Origin: Ascoidea asiatica JCM 7603
Lineage: Eukaryota > Fungi > Ascomycota
Length of the DNA stretch: 64,000 bases
Direction: 5' to 3'
NCBI GenBank assembly: GCA_001600695.1
Contig: BCKQ01000001.1
Span: 183,392 to 247,391 of the forward strand
In this document: positions 23,740-36,350 of the stretch, in pieces
How positions within the stretch are numbered: position 1 is the first letter of the stretch
How the letters are laid out: every line of letters begins with the position of its first letter
Notes under the pieces: model-generated
Told to the model about the DNA's origin: nothing
The model's input: only the letters and a program-made list of their open reading frames with translations
The model's database searches: none
Program-made: the position numbers and the translations under genes

Positions 23740-24804
23740 TTAAGCTTTATGATCAAGAATTTGTTTAACAGAATCATGAGTCATCTCCTCTAAAGTTTTT
23801 AATTTGAAATCAATTGTATTTAAGGTTTTTGAATTATCAAAATAGAAAAGACTTTTAGTTATTTCTGGAGAATCAATTAAATCAGGTTGACCTTTTGCAA
23901 TTTTACCATTTAATTGTGGGAAATCTTTATTGATTATATTTAAAATCTTTTGATCAGAGAAATATTCACTTGCAATAAATAATCTTTTACCATTAGAGCT
24001 ATCGTTTTCAATAGCAAATAAATGAGCTTTAGCAATATCTCTAACATCAACACCTACACCAACATTATCTTTGAAAAGTTTATCATCTTTTGGATCAGAA
24101 TGTAATAAAGTATTAATAATTTCAGCAGAAGTATTTAAATTTTTATTATCTAAAGAATCTTCAAATAATTGTGGACCAAATATATAAACTGGTAAAACAG
24201 TAGTTAAGGTAAAATTAATTTTTTTATCATTTTCTTTAATAAAATCCCAAGCAGAAGATTCTGCATATTTTTTTGAAGAACAATAAGCAGTTAATTCATT
24301 ATTTCTTGCAACTGACCAATCCATTGTATTTCAAACAGATTCATCATGAATGAAAGATTTATCACCAGCTTTATCGAATTGCATAACAGCTGCAAATGAA
24401 GAAGTTACAACAACTTTTTTAACATTTTTACCAAATTCTTTAATAGCATTTAACATACTAAGAGTACCATTAACAGCAGGTTTCAAAAATGCATCATCAT
24501 TATTTGAATCTGAACCAAATGAAAATGGAGAAGCAGTATGTAAAACATAATCAATTTCTGGATGATTTTTAATAGAATCATCAAAAGCACCTAAAACTGA
24601 AATATCTTTAACAATTTCAAAAGATAAATGAATTTTAGAACCACTGAATTTTTTTGTAAATTGTTTAGTTAATTTGTCAGCTTTTTCTGTTGATCTTACA
24701 GTACCAATAACTTTATAACCTTTTGTTAATAATTGATCAAGGATATGTAAAGCAATAAAACCTGAGGCACCTGATAATAAGACTGTTTTATCTGAGAAAG
24801 ACTT
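23740..24804 (-). pseudogene. GRE2/ARI1-like NADPH-dependent aldehyde (methylglyoxal) reductase, inactivated
   Basis: A single frame of 354 codons with VLLSGASGFIA, HTASPF, VVVTSS and YCSSK. AAG sits where the ATG is expected (24804-24802), and an in-frame TGA (24333-24331) replaces a conserved Trp. Confidence 0.85.
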
Positions 24805-25700
24805 AATTGAAGATGAAAAAAGTTGAAAAATAAGTAATTGATAATTAATTAAAGTGAATTGATAAAAATATAAAGTTTATTTATTATTTATTGATTGTTA
24901 ATAGACAATAAAATTGAATTGAAGAAAAATAGAATTCATCATTAGTGAAGAATATCTCATTCCTTTTATAATGATAATTACAATTAATGGATTACTAATT
25001 TGATTCCATTCAAAGTTTATTTCTTGGAATTCAGGGAAAACAAAAGCAAGTGAAGAATCTATTTGTACTATGAATAAACATAAATCCAGCCTAGTTAAAA
25101 ACTACTTACAAATGTACTGAAATAAACTATCGTTTCGCTAGAATTTCTACAGACTTTCAGAGGGCATTTCTCTGTTTTTCTTATTCGAGATGCTTCTTTT
25201 TCGAGCTTCTTTCAAATTTGACGTTTCTGCTCATTTCCACACCTTGCGATTAACGCTTTTTAGCTTGCTCTCGCAAATAACGGTTTCAACCAGTTTCTGG
25301 ATAAATATCGCCATCCGAATCCAATTCCAATTCCAATTTGATTTTAGATTCAGATTCAAATTCTTCTTGATATTCATGCTCTCCATATTAGCATAATAAT
25401 ACTTTTCTTTAACCTCTTTTACCACCAGCACAAAACTCAATTCCATCTAAAATTGCTGGTTTTCTTTCTTTCTTTCTTTCAGCCATTGCCAAAAAAATGG
25501 CGATTACGTAATTTTGGAGACGATCTGGAGATTTTTCCGTGTACAGTGATTGATTTAAGGATATTGTCCGCTTTCTTGCACTAAAAACCATGCTCAGGAA
25601 TTGTATTCCGAATTTTTTGAGCACAGCAACAGAAAAATGAAGAAGTAAATCTGTGAAGTTACTGGATAATAATTATTTTAACTAATTCGATAAATAAATC

Positions 25701-25761
25701 TCTGATTAATTCAATTATTAAATCTCTGATAAATCTCTGATTAATAATTGAATTAATCAGA
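25701..25761. repeat. Perfect inverted repeat, 21-bp arms, 19-nt spacer
   Basis: TCTGATTAATTCAATTATTAA (25701-25721) and TTAATAATTGAATTAATCAGA (25741-25761). Confidence 0.9.
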
Positions 25762-25995
25762 AATTCTTAGTAAGTTATTTTATTTTAATAGGAAGAAGAA
25801 GAAGAAGGAGAACAAGAAACAATTTTATTTCTTTTTTTGGTTGTTAAAAAGTGTCAAATACAATCTTAGTTAGATAATATTATTATAAAGATATATTAAG
25901 CATATGTATTAGGATTATCTAAAATATTAAAAATAATTTGAATGAAAAGCAATAGAGAGTGAAAAAAACAAAGTATATAAAGATTACTGAATTAA

Positions 25996-27009
25996 TTATT
26001 TTTCAACATCTCTTGCAGCAACACCTGGAGAAGTTAAAGAAATAGTTCTAATCATATGTCTAATTTCATCAGTATTATAATCTAAAGTTGCAGTATGAGA
26101 ACAACTTCTTTGATCCCATAAACAAACAGTTCCATCTTCCCATGGAGCTCTACAATGGAAATCTTCAGCTTTAAGTAATTGATGTAAGAAATCAAGTAAC
26201 CATTTATTTTCTTCTCTTTTTAAACCTAAGATTTCTTGAGTTTGAATACCATTAAAGAATAAAGCTTTTTCTTTAGTAACAGGATGAACAATAACTAAAG
26301 GATGAATTGAGAAAGCTTCTTTTTTAGCACCAGCACCTAATCTAATTATTTCTTGTTCAGACCATTCACGATGTTTTGCATCTAAACTTTCTAGGAATTT
26401 TTGCATTGTTGGAGATAAAGCTTTAAAGATATGAGTATTTGAAGCAAAAATAGTATCACCACCACCATTTTTTGGTAATTCACATTCCCAAAAAAATGTT
26501 GCACCAGGTAATTCTTTTTCAAAAGTTTGATCAATATGCCATGCAATAAAAGAAACTCTATCACCCCATTTAGTTTTATTTGGAGCTTCAGGAGATGAAT
26601 ACATTGATTGCATTGTTGGATTTGCACCTTTTGGATAACCCATTGAAGGATGTTGATGTAAAGGACCAAAATGTGATACAATTTCATATTGTTTTTTTAA
26701 TGGAATATCTTTAAAATCTTGTTTTCTAAAAAATAAACAACCTCTTTGAGCTAAGTATAAAGCAACTTCATTTAAACCATCTTCAGTTAATTCAGAAAGT
26801 TGAACACCTTCAATAACAGAACCAATTCTTGGAGTTAATTCTTTATAACTTACACTTGCTTTTGATTTTGGAAATAAATTTGGAAAAGTTGGATCTGCTT
26901 TTAAACCAGGATCTTCAAAAGAGAAACCTTCATGTTGTTTTGAACCAACTTCACCAATTGAACGATGTTGTGGTAAATAATCTGGATATTTTGGGTTACT
27001 TGAAGACAT
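25996..27009 (-). CDS. TauD/Jlp1-family Fe(II)/2-oxoglutarate-dependent sulfonate dioxygenase
   Basis: LTPRIGS, QRGCLFFRKQ, HxD (WHIDQTF), GGDTIFA, HPLVIVHPVTKEKALF and WDQRSCSH. Confidence 0.9.
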   Translation of the reverse strand: MSSSNPKYPDYLPQHRSIGEVGSKQHEGFSFEDPGLKADPTFPNLFPKSKASVSYKELTPRIGSVIEGVQLSELTEDGLNEVALYLAQRGCLFFRKQDFKDIPLKKQYEIVSHFGPLHQHPSMGYPKGANPTMQSMYSSPEAPNKTKWGDRVSFIAWHIDQTFEKELPGATFFWECELPKNGGGDTIFASNTHIFKALSPTMQKFLESLDAKHREWSEQEIIRLGAGAKKEAFSIHPLVIVHPVTKEKALFFNGIQTQEILGLKREENKWLLDFLHQLLKAEDFHCRAPWEDGTVCLWDQRSCSHTATLDYNTDEIRHMIRTISLTSPGVAARDVEK

Positions 27010-27892
27010 TTTTAATAAAATTGAGTAAGAGATTTAATTGATTTAGTTTTTTTTTAGAATATAGATAAAAGATTATTATTAATTGAGGAAAATTAATAAT
27101 TGATTGATTGATTGATAATTAATTGCTGATTAATTGATAATTGATTGATAATGATAAGAAGAATAAAATAAAAAAGAAAATAATAATCAAATAAAAGAAA
27201 ACATTTCGAGTCTTTATATATTATTTTTTTCAAAACTTATTGAAATCAATTACAATTGATCATACTATATTTCAAAAAATATAATATAATATAATATAAT
27301 GAGATTAGAATACTGATAAAATTATAGATAGAAAGTACTAAAATCTAAGATCTAGAGTTTAGTACTATACTCTATAATCTAAAAATTTATTTCGGGTTGA
27401 AAAACCGAAGATATAGAAATTGGAGACTTTATCACAGTGCAAAAAATTAAATCATGTCATAAAATAAAATAAACTATGAAGAAGCATAGAAGATTATCAT
27501 CGACTATCATCAGATATAATTAATTATTATAGATTATCATTAAATGTCGTATCATATTATATCATATTATTAGATAACTTCGATTTCTATCAAATTCAAA
27601 TCCGATAAGTTTGATATAAAGAAATATTACTATACAGTAGTACTACTATTAATACTAAATAATATATTACTAGAAGTGTCGGTATTGAAAATTACTACTG
27701 AGTATTACTATCGGCTATTACTATCGCATTGTTAAGATTAAGATATACAGTATCGGGAGTTAAAAAGAGAAAAGTTTCATTTTACAATTAATTTCATTTT
27801 ATTTGTAATATTGTCCATTTCAATGGAAAAAAAAAAAGGATTGTAAAACCAAAACCAAAAGCACAAATCACACCATTTTTCCAGTGATAGAT

Positions 27893-29059
27893 TTAACGAC
27901 GTCTTTTTGCTTTATCCCAAGCTGATGATCCTCCATTTCTTCTTTTTTTTGAATTTGAATTATAACTATTTTTATAATCATTTTTTGAAAAATCTTTACT
28001 ATTTGAAAAAATTGACCAATCTTCACCTCCAAATATATTTTTTTGACGTCTTTGTTGAGCTCCACTACCTTTATTCTTTACAACATTATCTGGCAATCTA
28101 ATAAAATTATCTTCTTCATATCTTTGAATTTCTGCTTCTTTTTCTCTTTCTTTATTTGTTTTAATACCTCCTCTACCATGGTTTAAAATTGTTGATCCAA
28201 TTGAAGCTTCAATTAATGGAGTGGAACCATGTTCTTTAAGATATTCATCCATTGCTTGAATTCGTTTTTTGTTTTTGCTTTTACTAGATGTTTCTGTAAA
28301 TGCAGAAGGTGGTGCAATTGCTGATATTTTTGGAGGTCTATATTTATCATCTCCACCATTACCACTTTTCTCTTCCCTAGAATTCTTTTTAATATTTTTG
28401 ATCAATGATTTAGCATCCGGTCTTAATTTTAAGTCTTCGTCACTATCACTGTCACTGTCATCATTACTATCACTATCACTATCACTATCACTTTCATTGT
28501 CATTATTATGGCTTCTGATTTTTTTAACACTATTATTCTGATCTAAGTTTTTATTTAAATCACCATTTTTAATATCTTTACTCATATTTTTAGATTCTTC
28601 TTCCATTCTATGATATGCACTCACTATTTTGTCAAACTGATATCCTAATTTTTTCTCTAAACTTCTTACACCTCTTTCTTGTACTACTCTTTGCACAATT
28701 GTATTCTCTACACTTTTATTTATTATTTCTTTTGTAACTTTTATTTTTTCTTCTTTATCTTCTTCATCCTTTTCTGTTTCTTCTTCGGGTAATGATAATT
28801 TCAATAATTCGATTTTTCCTAATACTATAATCATTAAACTACTCAAATATGATAACATTGATGAATTTTTCAATCCAAGTAATGAAACTCCTTCAACTCT
28901 ATATTCTTTAGATTTTCCACTTGATATTAAATCTTCAATTAATTTTGGTAATTTATTCATGGAATCAATTAATTCACTTGTTTTATTTATGCTTGATCCT
29001 GTTAAATCAAATGATTCTTCTATATCTTTTAATAATATATTTAAACTTCCTTCTGACAT
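27893..29059 (-). CDS. LCP5: U3 snoRNP/SSU processome protein Lcp5
   Basis: GVSLLGLKNSSMLSY, GVRSLEKKLGYQFDK, KYRPPKISA, YEEDNFIRLP and C-terminal SAWDKAKRRR. Confidence 0.88.
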   Translation of the reverse strand: MSEGSLNILLKDIEESFDLTGSSINKTSELIDSMNKLPKLIEDLISSGKSKEYRVEGVSLLGLKNSSMLSYLSSLMIIVLGKIELLKLSLPEEETEKDEEDKEEKIKVTKEIINKSVENTIVQRVVQERGVRSLEKKLGYQFDKIVSAYHRMEEESKNMSKDIKNGDLNKNLDQNNSVKKIRSHNNDNESDSDSDSDSNDDSDSDSDEDLKLRPDAKSLIKNIKKNSREEKSGNGGDDKYRPPKISAIAPPSAFTETSSKSKNKKRIQAMDEYLKEHGSTPLIEASIGSTILNHGRGGIKTNKEREKEAEIQRYEEDNFIRLPDNVVKNKGSGAQQRRQKNIFGGEDWSIFSNSKDFSKNDYKNSYNSNSKKRRNGGSSAWDKAKRRR

Positions 29060-29290
29060 TTTTATTATTTATTATTTCTTATTATGTTTTTGATCTAAAT
29101 TAAATATCGAATTTCTTCCTTTTATTTCAAATTTTATTGATTATCTTTACAAACTATTCTTAACTTTATTATTCTTACAAATTTTTATTCAAATATTTCT
29201 TTAAATATTATTCATAAATATTATTTTTTATTATTTCTTCAATCACTTCATCAAATAAAGTTATCTTTGAAATATTTTATTAGCAATTCA

Positions 29291-29322
29291 AGAAAAAATT
29301 TGAAAAAAAAATTATCCACGTG
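29291..29322. promoter_or_regulatory. RRPE-like tracts plus CACGTG in the LCP5/NSA2 bidirectional promoter
   Basis: AGAAAAAATTTGAAAAAAAAATT followed by CACGTG (29317-29322), between two divergent ribosome-biogenesis genes. Confidence 0.45.
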
Positions 29323-29538
29323 ATCTAAAATAATATTTTTATTTTTATTTTTATTTTTTTTTTCACGTCTGAATTTCCGCTTAACTTTATCACTACTTTT
29401 AATCTATTAACTACTGTTAATTATCAAAAACTTATTATAAAAACAAGATAAGTTAAAATATATATATATATATAGTTATAAAATTCATTTACTTATATTC
29501 AATCAACTGTATTAATATTAAAGTAATAGTATTTCAAA

Positions 29539-30418
29539 ATGGTAAGTTTTAATTCTAAAAGATATCACCACCTTTTTTTCTATCCAATTTACTATATAAT
29601 ATTATACAATAATACTAACAAAATTTATCCAGCCTCAAAATGAGTATATTGAACAACATATCAAAAAACATGGAAGAAGATTAGATTTCGAAGAAAGAAA
29701 ACGTAAGAAGGAAGCAAGAGAGTCCCATAAAATCTCAAAAGATGCTCAGAATTTAACTGGTTGGAGAGGTAAACAATTTGCTAAGAAGAGATATGCTGAG
29801 AAAGTTTCAATGAAAAAGAAAATTAAAGCTCATGAACAAAGTAAAATTAAAGGTCCAACTACAAATAATGATGATAATAAAGAAGCTTTACCAACTTATT
29901 TATTAGATCGTCAAGAAAATAATACTGCTAAAGCAATATCTTCAAGTATAAAACAAAAAAGATTAGAAAAAATTGAAAAATTTCAAGTACCTTTACCAAG
30001 AGTTAGAGGTATTTCTGAAGAAGAAATGTTTAAAGTAATAAAAACTGGTAAAAAAACAAAAAAGAAGAGTTGGAAAAGAATGATAACAAAACATACTTTT
30101 GTTGGAGATAATTTTACTAGAAAACCTGTTAAATTAGAAAGAATTATAAGACCGACTGCTTTAAGACAGAAAAAAGCAAATGTTACTCATCCAGAATTAG
30201 CAGTAACTGTTTTTTTACCAATATTAAGTGTTAAAAAAAATCCTCAAAGTTCAATGTATACTCAATTAGGTGTTTTAACAAAAGGTACAATTATTGAAGT
30301 AAATGTAAGTGAATTAGGTATGGTAACTGCTGGTGGTAAAGTTGTGTGGGGTAAATATGCTCAAATAACAAATGAACCAGATCGTGATGGTTGTGTTAAT
30401 GCTGTTTTATTAGTGTAA
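29539..30418 (+). CDS. NSA2: 60S biogenesis protein Nsa2. Exon 1 is the ATG only (29539-29541); intron 29542-29632; exon 2 is 29633-30418
   Basis: ATG|GTAAGT...TACTAAC(29613)...CAG|CCT gives [19 protein letters not shown] and ends [10 protein letters not shown]; 262 aa. Confidence 0.95.
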
Positions 30419-31206
30419 TTTATCATTTATTGAAAAAGTAATATAATACATTTTTTTATTGATTTTCAATGTTTTTAATCTCTTTCAAATTCAATTTCAA
30501 ATTCAATTCATTTTTATCTTAACTTATCTCTTCTGAAAGGATGTTTGTTTCTTTTTTGTTTTTTTATTTTATTTTATTATAATTTATTATATTTTTTTGT
30601 TAATTAAATTAAAATGGCTTAGAAGTTGGATTGATCAAATAAGCAAAAAGTTTTAAAGATGAGAAATTTTTTGAAAAGTTACTAAAAAAAATAAAGAACA
30701 AGAATAAAAATAAAAAGACAAGAGATAATAATAGTTACTGAGATATAATATGCGAAAAAGTTAAAAATATCAAGATATTAAAAAGTAGATTAAGATAATA
30801 AGAAGAAAGGGGGAACACCAATACGTTAAAGAAAAAAAAAGATAGATAAATGAAAAAACAAAATATTAAGAAAGCAAGCAAAATATATGTAAATAATAAA
30901 GTTATATTTCCAATATTTATATAATAATAGAACAGGTATCAAGATAAAAACCATCATTAAATTTTCAAAAATGAATGTATTACAAATGAAAGATTTTGAA
31001 AAAGTTAAAAAAAAGTTATTTCTTATGATAAGTTTCAAAAGCAAAAACATTAAAAATTAAGGTAAGGCAAAATTTGTTGAAAAAAAAATAAAATCCCAAA
31101 AAAATACCATAATGATTGCAATTGATCAAATCATATGAAAGTAACTGTTTTCTAACAAATTTTTAAATTCCTAAAAAATAAAAATAAGATTTTAAAAAAA
31201 ATTTGA

Positions 31207-32863
31207 TTATTCCATTCTATCTTCATAAGCACCTTCTTCAGCGAAATCAATTTCTTCATCATCAATTCCAGCTTCTTGATATTGTTGATATTCAGCTACT
31301 AAATCATTCATATTTGATTCAGCTTCAGTAAATTCCATTTCATCCATACCTTCAGAAGTATACCAATGTAAGAAAGCTTTTCTTCTAAACATTGCACTAA
31401 ATTGATCACCAACACGTTTAAACAATTCTTGAATAGAAGTTGAATTACCAATGAAAGTTGCACTCATATCAAGACCTTTTGGAGGAACAGAACAAACAGC
31501 AGTTTGTACATTATTTGGAATCCATTCAACAAATTGAGAAGAATTTTTAGTTTGAACTTTATGCATTTCATCTTCAACTTCTTTAACAGATACTTTACCA
31601 CGAAAGAAAGCAGCAACAGTTAAATAACGACCATTTCTTGGATCAGAAGCAGCCATCATATTTTTTGCATCAAACATTTGTTGAGTTAATTCTGGTACAG
31701 ATAAAGCTCTAAAAGATTGAGAACCCATAGCAGTTAAAGGAGCATAACCAACCATAAAAAAATGTAAACGTGGAAATGGAACTAAATTAACAGCTAATTT
31801 ACGTAAATCTGAATTTAATTGACCAGGATAACGTAATGAAGTTGTAATACCACTCATAACAGAAGATACTAAATGATTATAATCTTCATATGAAGGTTGT
31901 TGTAATTTCAAAGTATTCAAACATATATCATGTAAAGCTTCATTATCAATACAAAAAGTTTCATCAGAATTTTCAACTAATTGATGAATTGATAAAGTTG
32001 CATTATATGGTTCAACAACAGTATCAGAAACTTTTGGAGATGGTACAACAGAAAAAGTTGCCATCATACGATCAGGAAATTCTTCACGTATTTTTGAAAT
32101 TAATAAAGTACCCATACCAGAACCAGTACCACCACCTAAAGAATGAGTTATTTGAAAACCTTGTAAAGAATCACAACCTTCGGCTTCACGACGAACAATA
32201 TCAAGAACAGAATCAACTAATTCAGCACCTTCAGTATAATGACCTTTTGCCCAAACATTACCAGCAGAAGATTGACCAAATATCATATTATCAGGTCTAA
32301 ATAAATTACCAATTGTTGAAGAACGAACAGCATCAATGGTACCAGGTTCTAAATCTACTAATACAGCACGAGGAACATATTTACCACTTGAAGCTTCGTT
32401 AAAATAAACATTTAAACGAGATTTTTGAATATCATTTGCACCTTGATTTTGACCAGAATTATCAAGACCATGTTCACCACAAATTGTTTGCCAAAATGCT
32501 GCACCCTTTAGATAATTTTTAATAAATTGTTAGTAAATAAGTTAATGATTTAATCAATAATAAAAATTGAATTAAGCGCCAAAGTATAAAATGACAAAAG
32601 ACATTGAAATGATTGAAATAATACATACAATTTGATTACCACATTGACCAGCTGATATATGAATCTAAATAAAAAAGATAAAACAAAAGAAGAATTTTAA
32701 AGTTAGTATAACTGAAATTGATAAAGATTTCTTTGCTCAATCAAACAATCAATCTATCAACTAATTGATTGATTAGTTGATTGATTAGTTGAAACTCAAA
32801 TATGAATAGGAATGTTTGAATACATATAAAAAAACATATTAATTGACATACAATTTCTCTCAT
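31207..32863 (-). CDS. TUB2: Beta-tubulin. Exons 32863-32852, 32664-32629 and 32505-31207
   Basis: Spliced MREI|[12 protein letters not shown]|[12 protein letters not shown] and GGGTGSG. Both introns have GTATGT and TACTAAC; 448 aa. Confidence 0.97.
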
Positions 32864-33486
32864 TTTGTGAATTTATTATTATATTATATTATTGTATTAT
32901 TATATTGAGATATATTATCTTTGTTATATTTGATATATTATATTGAGATATATAATTTTATTAGAAGAAAAATAAACTAAATTGTTTATTTGAGAATTAT
33001 TCTTGAATTGATTAAAGAAATGAAAGAAAATGAGATTTCTTTTGAGAAGCGATAAAAACAAATAAGAATAATATTAGAATATATTAAATTATAAAGAATT
33101 GAAATGAATTAATTGTAATAAATTAATATAATTAATATATAATGAATAAATATAATTAAGATAATTGATACGATTAAGAAAACCCTTTTGAGAATGAGAA
33201 GAAATAGAACAAAAAAGTAATAGTAAAAGTAAAAGTGAAGTGAAAAAGAAGTGAATTTAACGATCTGTTGTTTTTTTTAATTGTTGTTTTTTTGATTTCT
33301 TCATTCATTCATTCACTTTATTCAGATTTAGACTCTTGTAAAAAATAAACAAATAAAATCAAAAAATAAACAAGAATTGAGAATTGAGAATTTAGAAAAA
33401 GTGGGAAAAAGCGGTGAAAAGTAACGCAAACAAGGTGTAACATTTCAGGGGATTTGGATAATGTTCTGTTTTGAAAGGGTGTGAGA

Positions 33487-33494
33487 CCGGGTAA
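33487..33494. promoter_or_regulatory. Reb1-type site CCGGGTAA upstream of TUB2
   Basis: Exact match to the TTACCCGG consensus on the minus strand. Confidence 0.45.
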
Positions 33495-34330
33495 CATTCA
33501 AATTCCTTTGAAAACTGAAGTGCATTTACACCATTTTTACACCATTTCTATTCCATTTTTATTCAATTTTATTCATTTTTAAGTTAATTTTCAAGTTAAT
33601 TTGAACCATTCCTTAGTTGACTCAGATATTCTCCTATTTTCAGAGACTTTAAACAAACTACAAGAACGACGTTGAAATATTATCAATTATCATTGTTATA
33701 TTTTCAATTATTATCAAATATTATTATCAATTGTTATTGAATACTATTAAATACTATCAAATACTATTAATTATTATCAAAACTTATTAGTGTTAAACGA
33801 GATAGTATTTTGAGGAAATGTTCCCTATTTCAATTGAATTAATGCGCTTCCAGTTCAAATTTTAACTCCTACAATATTTTTGGCAAGATAATGAACAATA
33901 GTTTTGATATTAAAATCTATATCATTATTTTTGATACTATTATTTGATCTCAAATTAGTTACTTTTGGGTAGTAATAATCACTAGCTTTATCAAAGGATT
34001 GGGTATCTATGATTTGATTGGAAATTGATCTTAAGTTCCACTTTTTAATTTTTTTCCAAATTTCACTGTTCACTTTTTCAGTCCTTTTCTTTTGTTTCTC
34101 TTGAAACATTTCTGTAACTTTTGTCGTTTGTGCTTTATCATTTCACAATTCTATTATTCTTGCCCACAAACGTGACAAACGTGAAACTGACGCGAAAACT
34201 AATTATTTATTTCCGTTTCCGTTTAAATATGCGTTCAAATTTCCAATTCCATAAACTGGAAATCCCCAGATTCTGGTTTTGTGTATCCACACATTGTCCT
34301 AACATGAATAGGACATAAAATACCCTAAAT

Positions 34331-34356
34331 TTTACTACCAGTACACTGGTAGTAAA
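34331..34356. repeat. Inverted repeat, 12-bp arms, 2-nt spacer
   Basis: TTTACTACCAGT-AC-ACTGGTAGTAAA. Confidence 0.85.
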
Positions 34357-36350
34357 GCAAAGAATTACCCTCATGAAGCCTCACAGCTGGTATTGCCTTA
34401 TCAACTGATAATCATTACAAAATCAGTATTTTAAAGCCACAAAACAGTGGCTGAATAAATATAAGAGGGTAACCAAACGGACTCTAAAAATTAATTTCCA
34501 ACCATTATGTCAGAATTTTTTCATTACTTTTCTATTTTAAGAAACTTTGTGTGAAAAAAATTTAATAAAAGCAATAGATTTTTTTACCGGTTGAGAAAAA
34601 GAAAAACATCTTAGTGGCTGAAGTACAAAAACAAAAACTATGGCGATAAAATATGGAATTTTTATTTAAATTCTTTTGAAATTGAATTTTGAAATAAAAA
34701 ATTGAATAAAGATGGGAATATTGCTTCAATTTAAATCAAAATTAATGAAAAATTGGTTTGTGGAACCATATATCTTCGCTTTTTTTATGGTGTTTTTATT
34801 TGGTAAGCCAAATAAGCCTTCTGTGCCCATTGCTCATGCATCTAGTAAATTTTACCGGGCTGGAAGCTGTATTTCACGGTCCGCAGGAGGTACTAGTATT
34901 CCAAGTAATGCAGAAGCCGCTGCATGCACTGCCCGAGCTGACGGTGTTTACAATTCCTCAGGCAGTGAGTACGAGAAAATACGCAAGCACTCAACAACTG
35001 TGCTGTGAATTACGGTAGCTTCGGTGGATAAATATATAAAATCACAATATATTAAATCATAATAATATACAAAAATATCATTATCATTATCGTTGAATCA
35101 TTGAATCACTAAATCATTAATTAAATTATAAGTAAAATATTTTAGTGACGACTGAAAAAAATAAAGGAATAGCGCTGCAACCTAAAGAGAAAATGAGAAA
35201 AGGTTGTATAAATAGAAGGAAGTTCACTCAACCACATGTAATCGATCATGTAATTATCCAAAGCCTATTATCCTCATGAACTCAATAATAAATATATCCA
35301 ATATCAGAAATCTTAAAAGAACATATCAAAGAATGATTTCATAATCGCACGAAATGATACAACAACGTTAATGATAATTATAATGATAATTTCATGGTTT
35401 CCATATTAAATAATCTCAGATCAGATTCATTCATTGGATTACCTTCAATTTCATTTAATTTAAATCTGATCAAATGAAGTCTATTAAAATTTATTTTCTT
35501 CCAATTTTTTTAAACTATTTTAAGCTATTTCGAAAATTTTGCAAAAAATTTAAAATAATCCTCTCTCCAATATAAATATTTTGGTATTTTAGATTTTGCA
35601 CCGCCATCAAATCTCAAAATAGTTTACTTTAATTTGCTAATAAATAATCTTTAACTAGGTTAAATGTTTATTTTTAAACTGGGTTTAACTATTTTTATAT
35701 TTATTTCCATTTTATTTCCATTTTATTCTTCTTTCATAAATGGATTAAATAATATTAATATTCCACACACAAACACTTAAACAACCATACTTACTATTAT
35801 CATTATTACCATCAAATCTCCCAAATAATGAATGAATTTATTCCCATTTTTATCTTATTGAAGGCTTGAAATAGAAGCCTAACCATAGCAATGATTCAAC
35901 AACTTACCATTGAAATTCATCAATATTCAATAATATTCAATAATATTTATCAAATCAATACCAAGAACAAGAACAAGAAGAATCAAAATTATGCAGTGCT
36001 GTACTAATTAATTATATTATATCCAATGGATTCTTGGGGGTTTTTGTCATAATTTATCGTTAATTTTTTCATAATTCTATGGTAATATTATGAATTGTAT
36101 ACCATTATAATCCCTATAAATATTCCTGAATATTCCTAACTTTTATTTTATTACTTTATCTCAAAAAATTCGTTATTTTCTTCATTGTTATTTTTATTAT
36201 TATATTATTATTATACTTAAGGTACTCACTAATTACCTAATACAAATTATATAATACTTATTATATAATAAAATTAAATAACTAATAACTAATAACTAAT
36301 AATTAATCAATCGTTAATATTTAATAATTAATAACCAATAATAACTCAAA

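Noticed and set aside
24331-24333. In-frame TGA as selenocysteine or programmed readthrough
   Set aside because: The position is a conserved Trp, budding yeasts lack Sec machinery, the context is not CARYYA, and the start codon is also lost.
24804-25109. Possible upstream exon/intron that would supply the GRE2-like start codon (GTAAGT at 25109-25104)
   Set aside because: There is no ATG next to the donor, only a weak branch-like sequence, and a TATA box lies inside the would-be intron.
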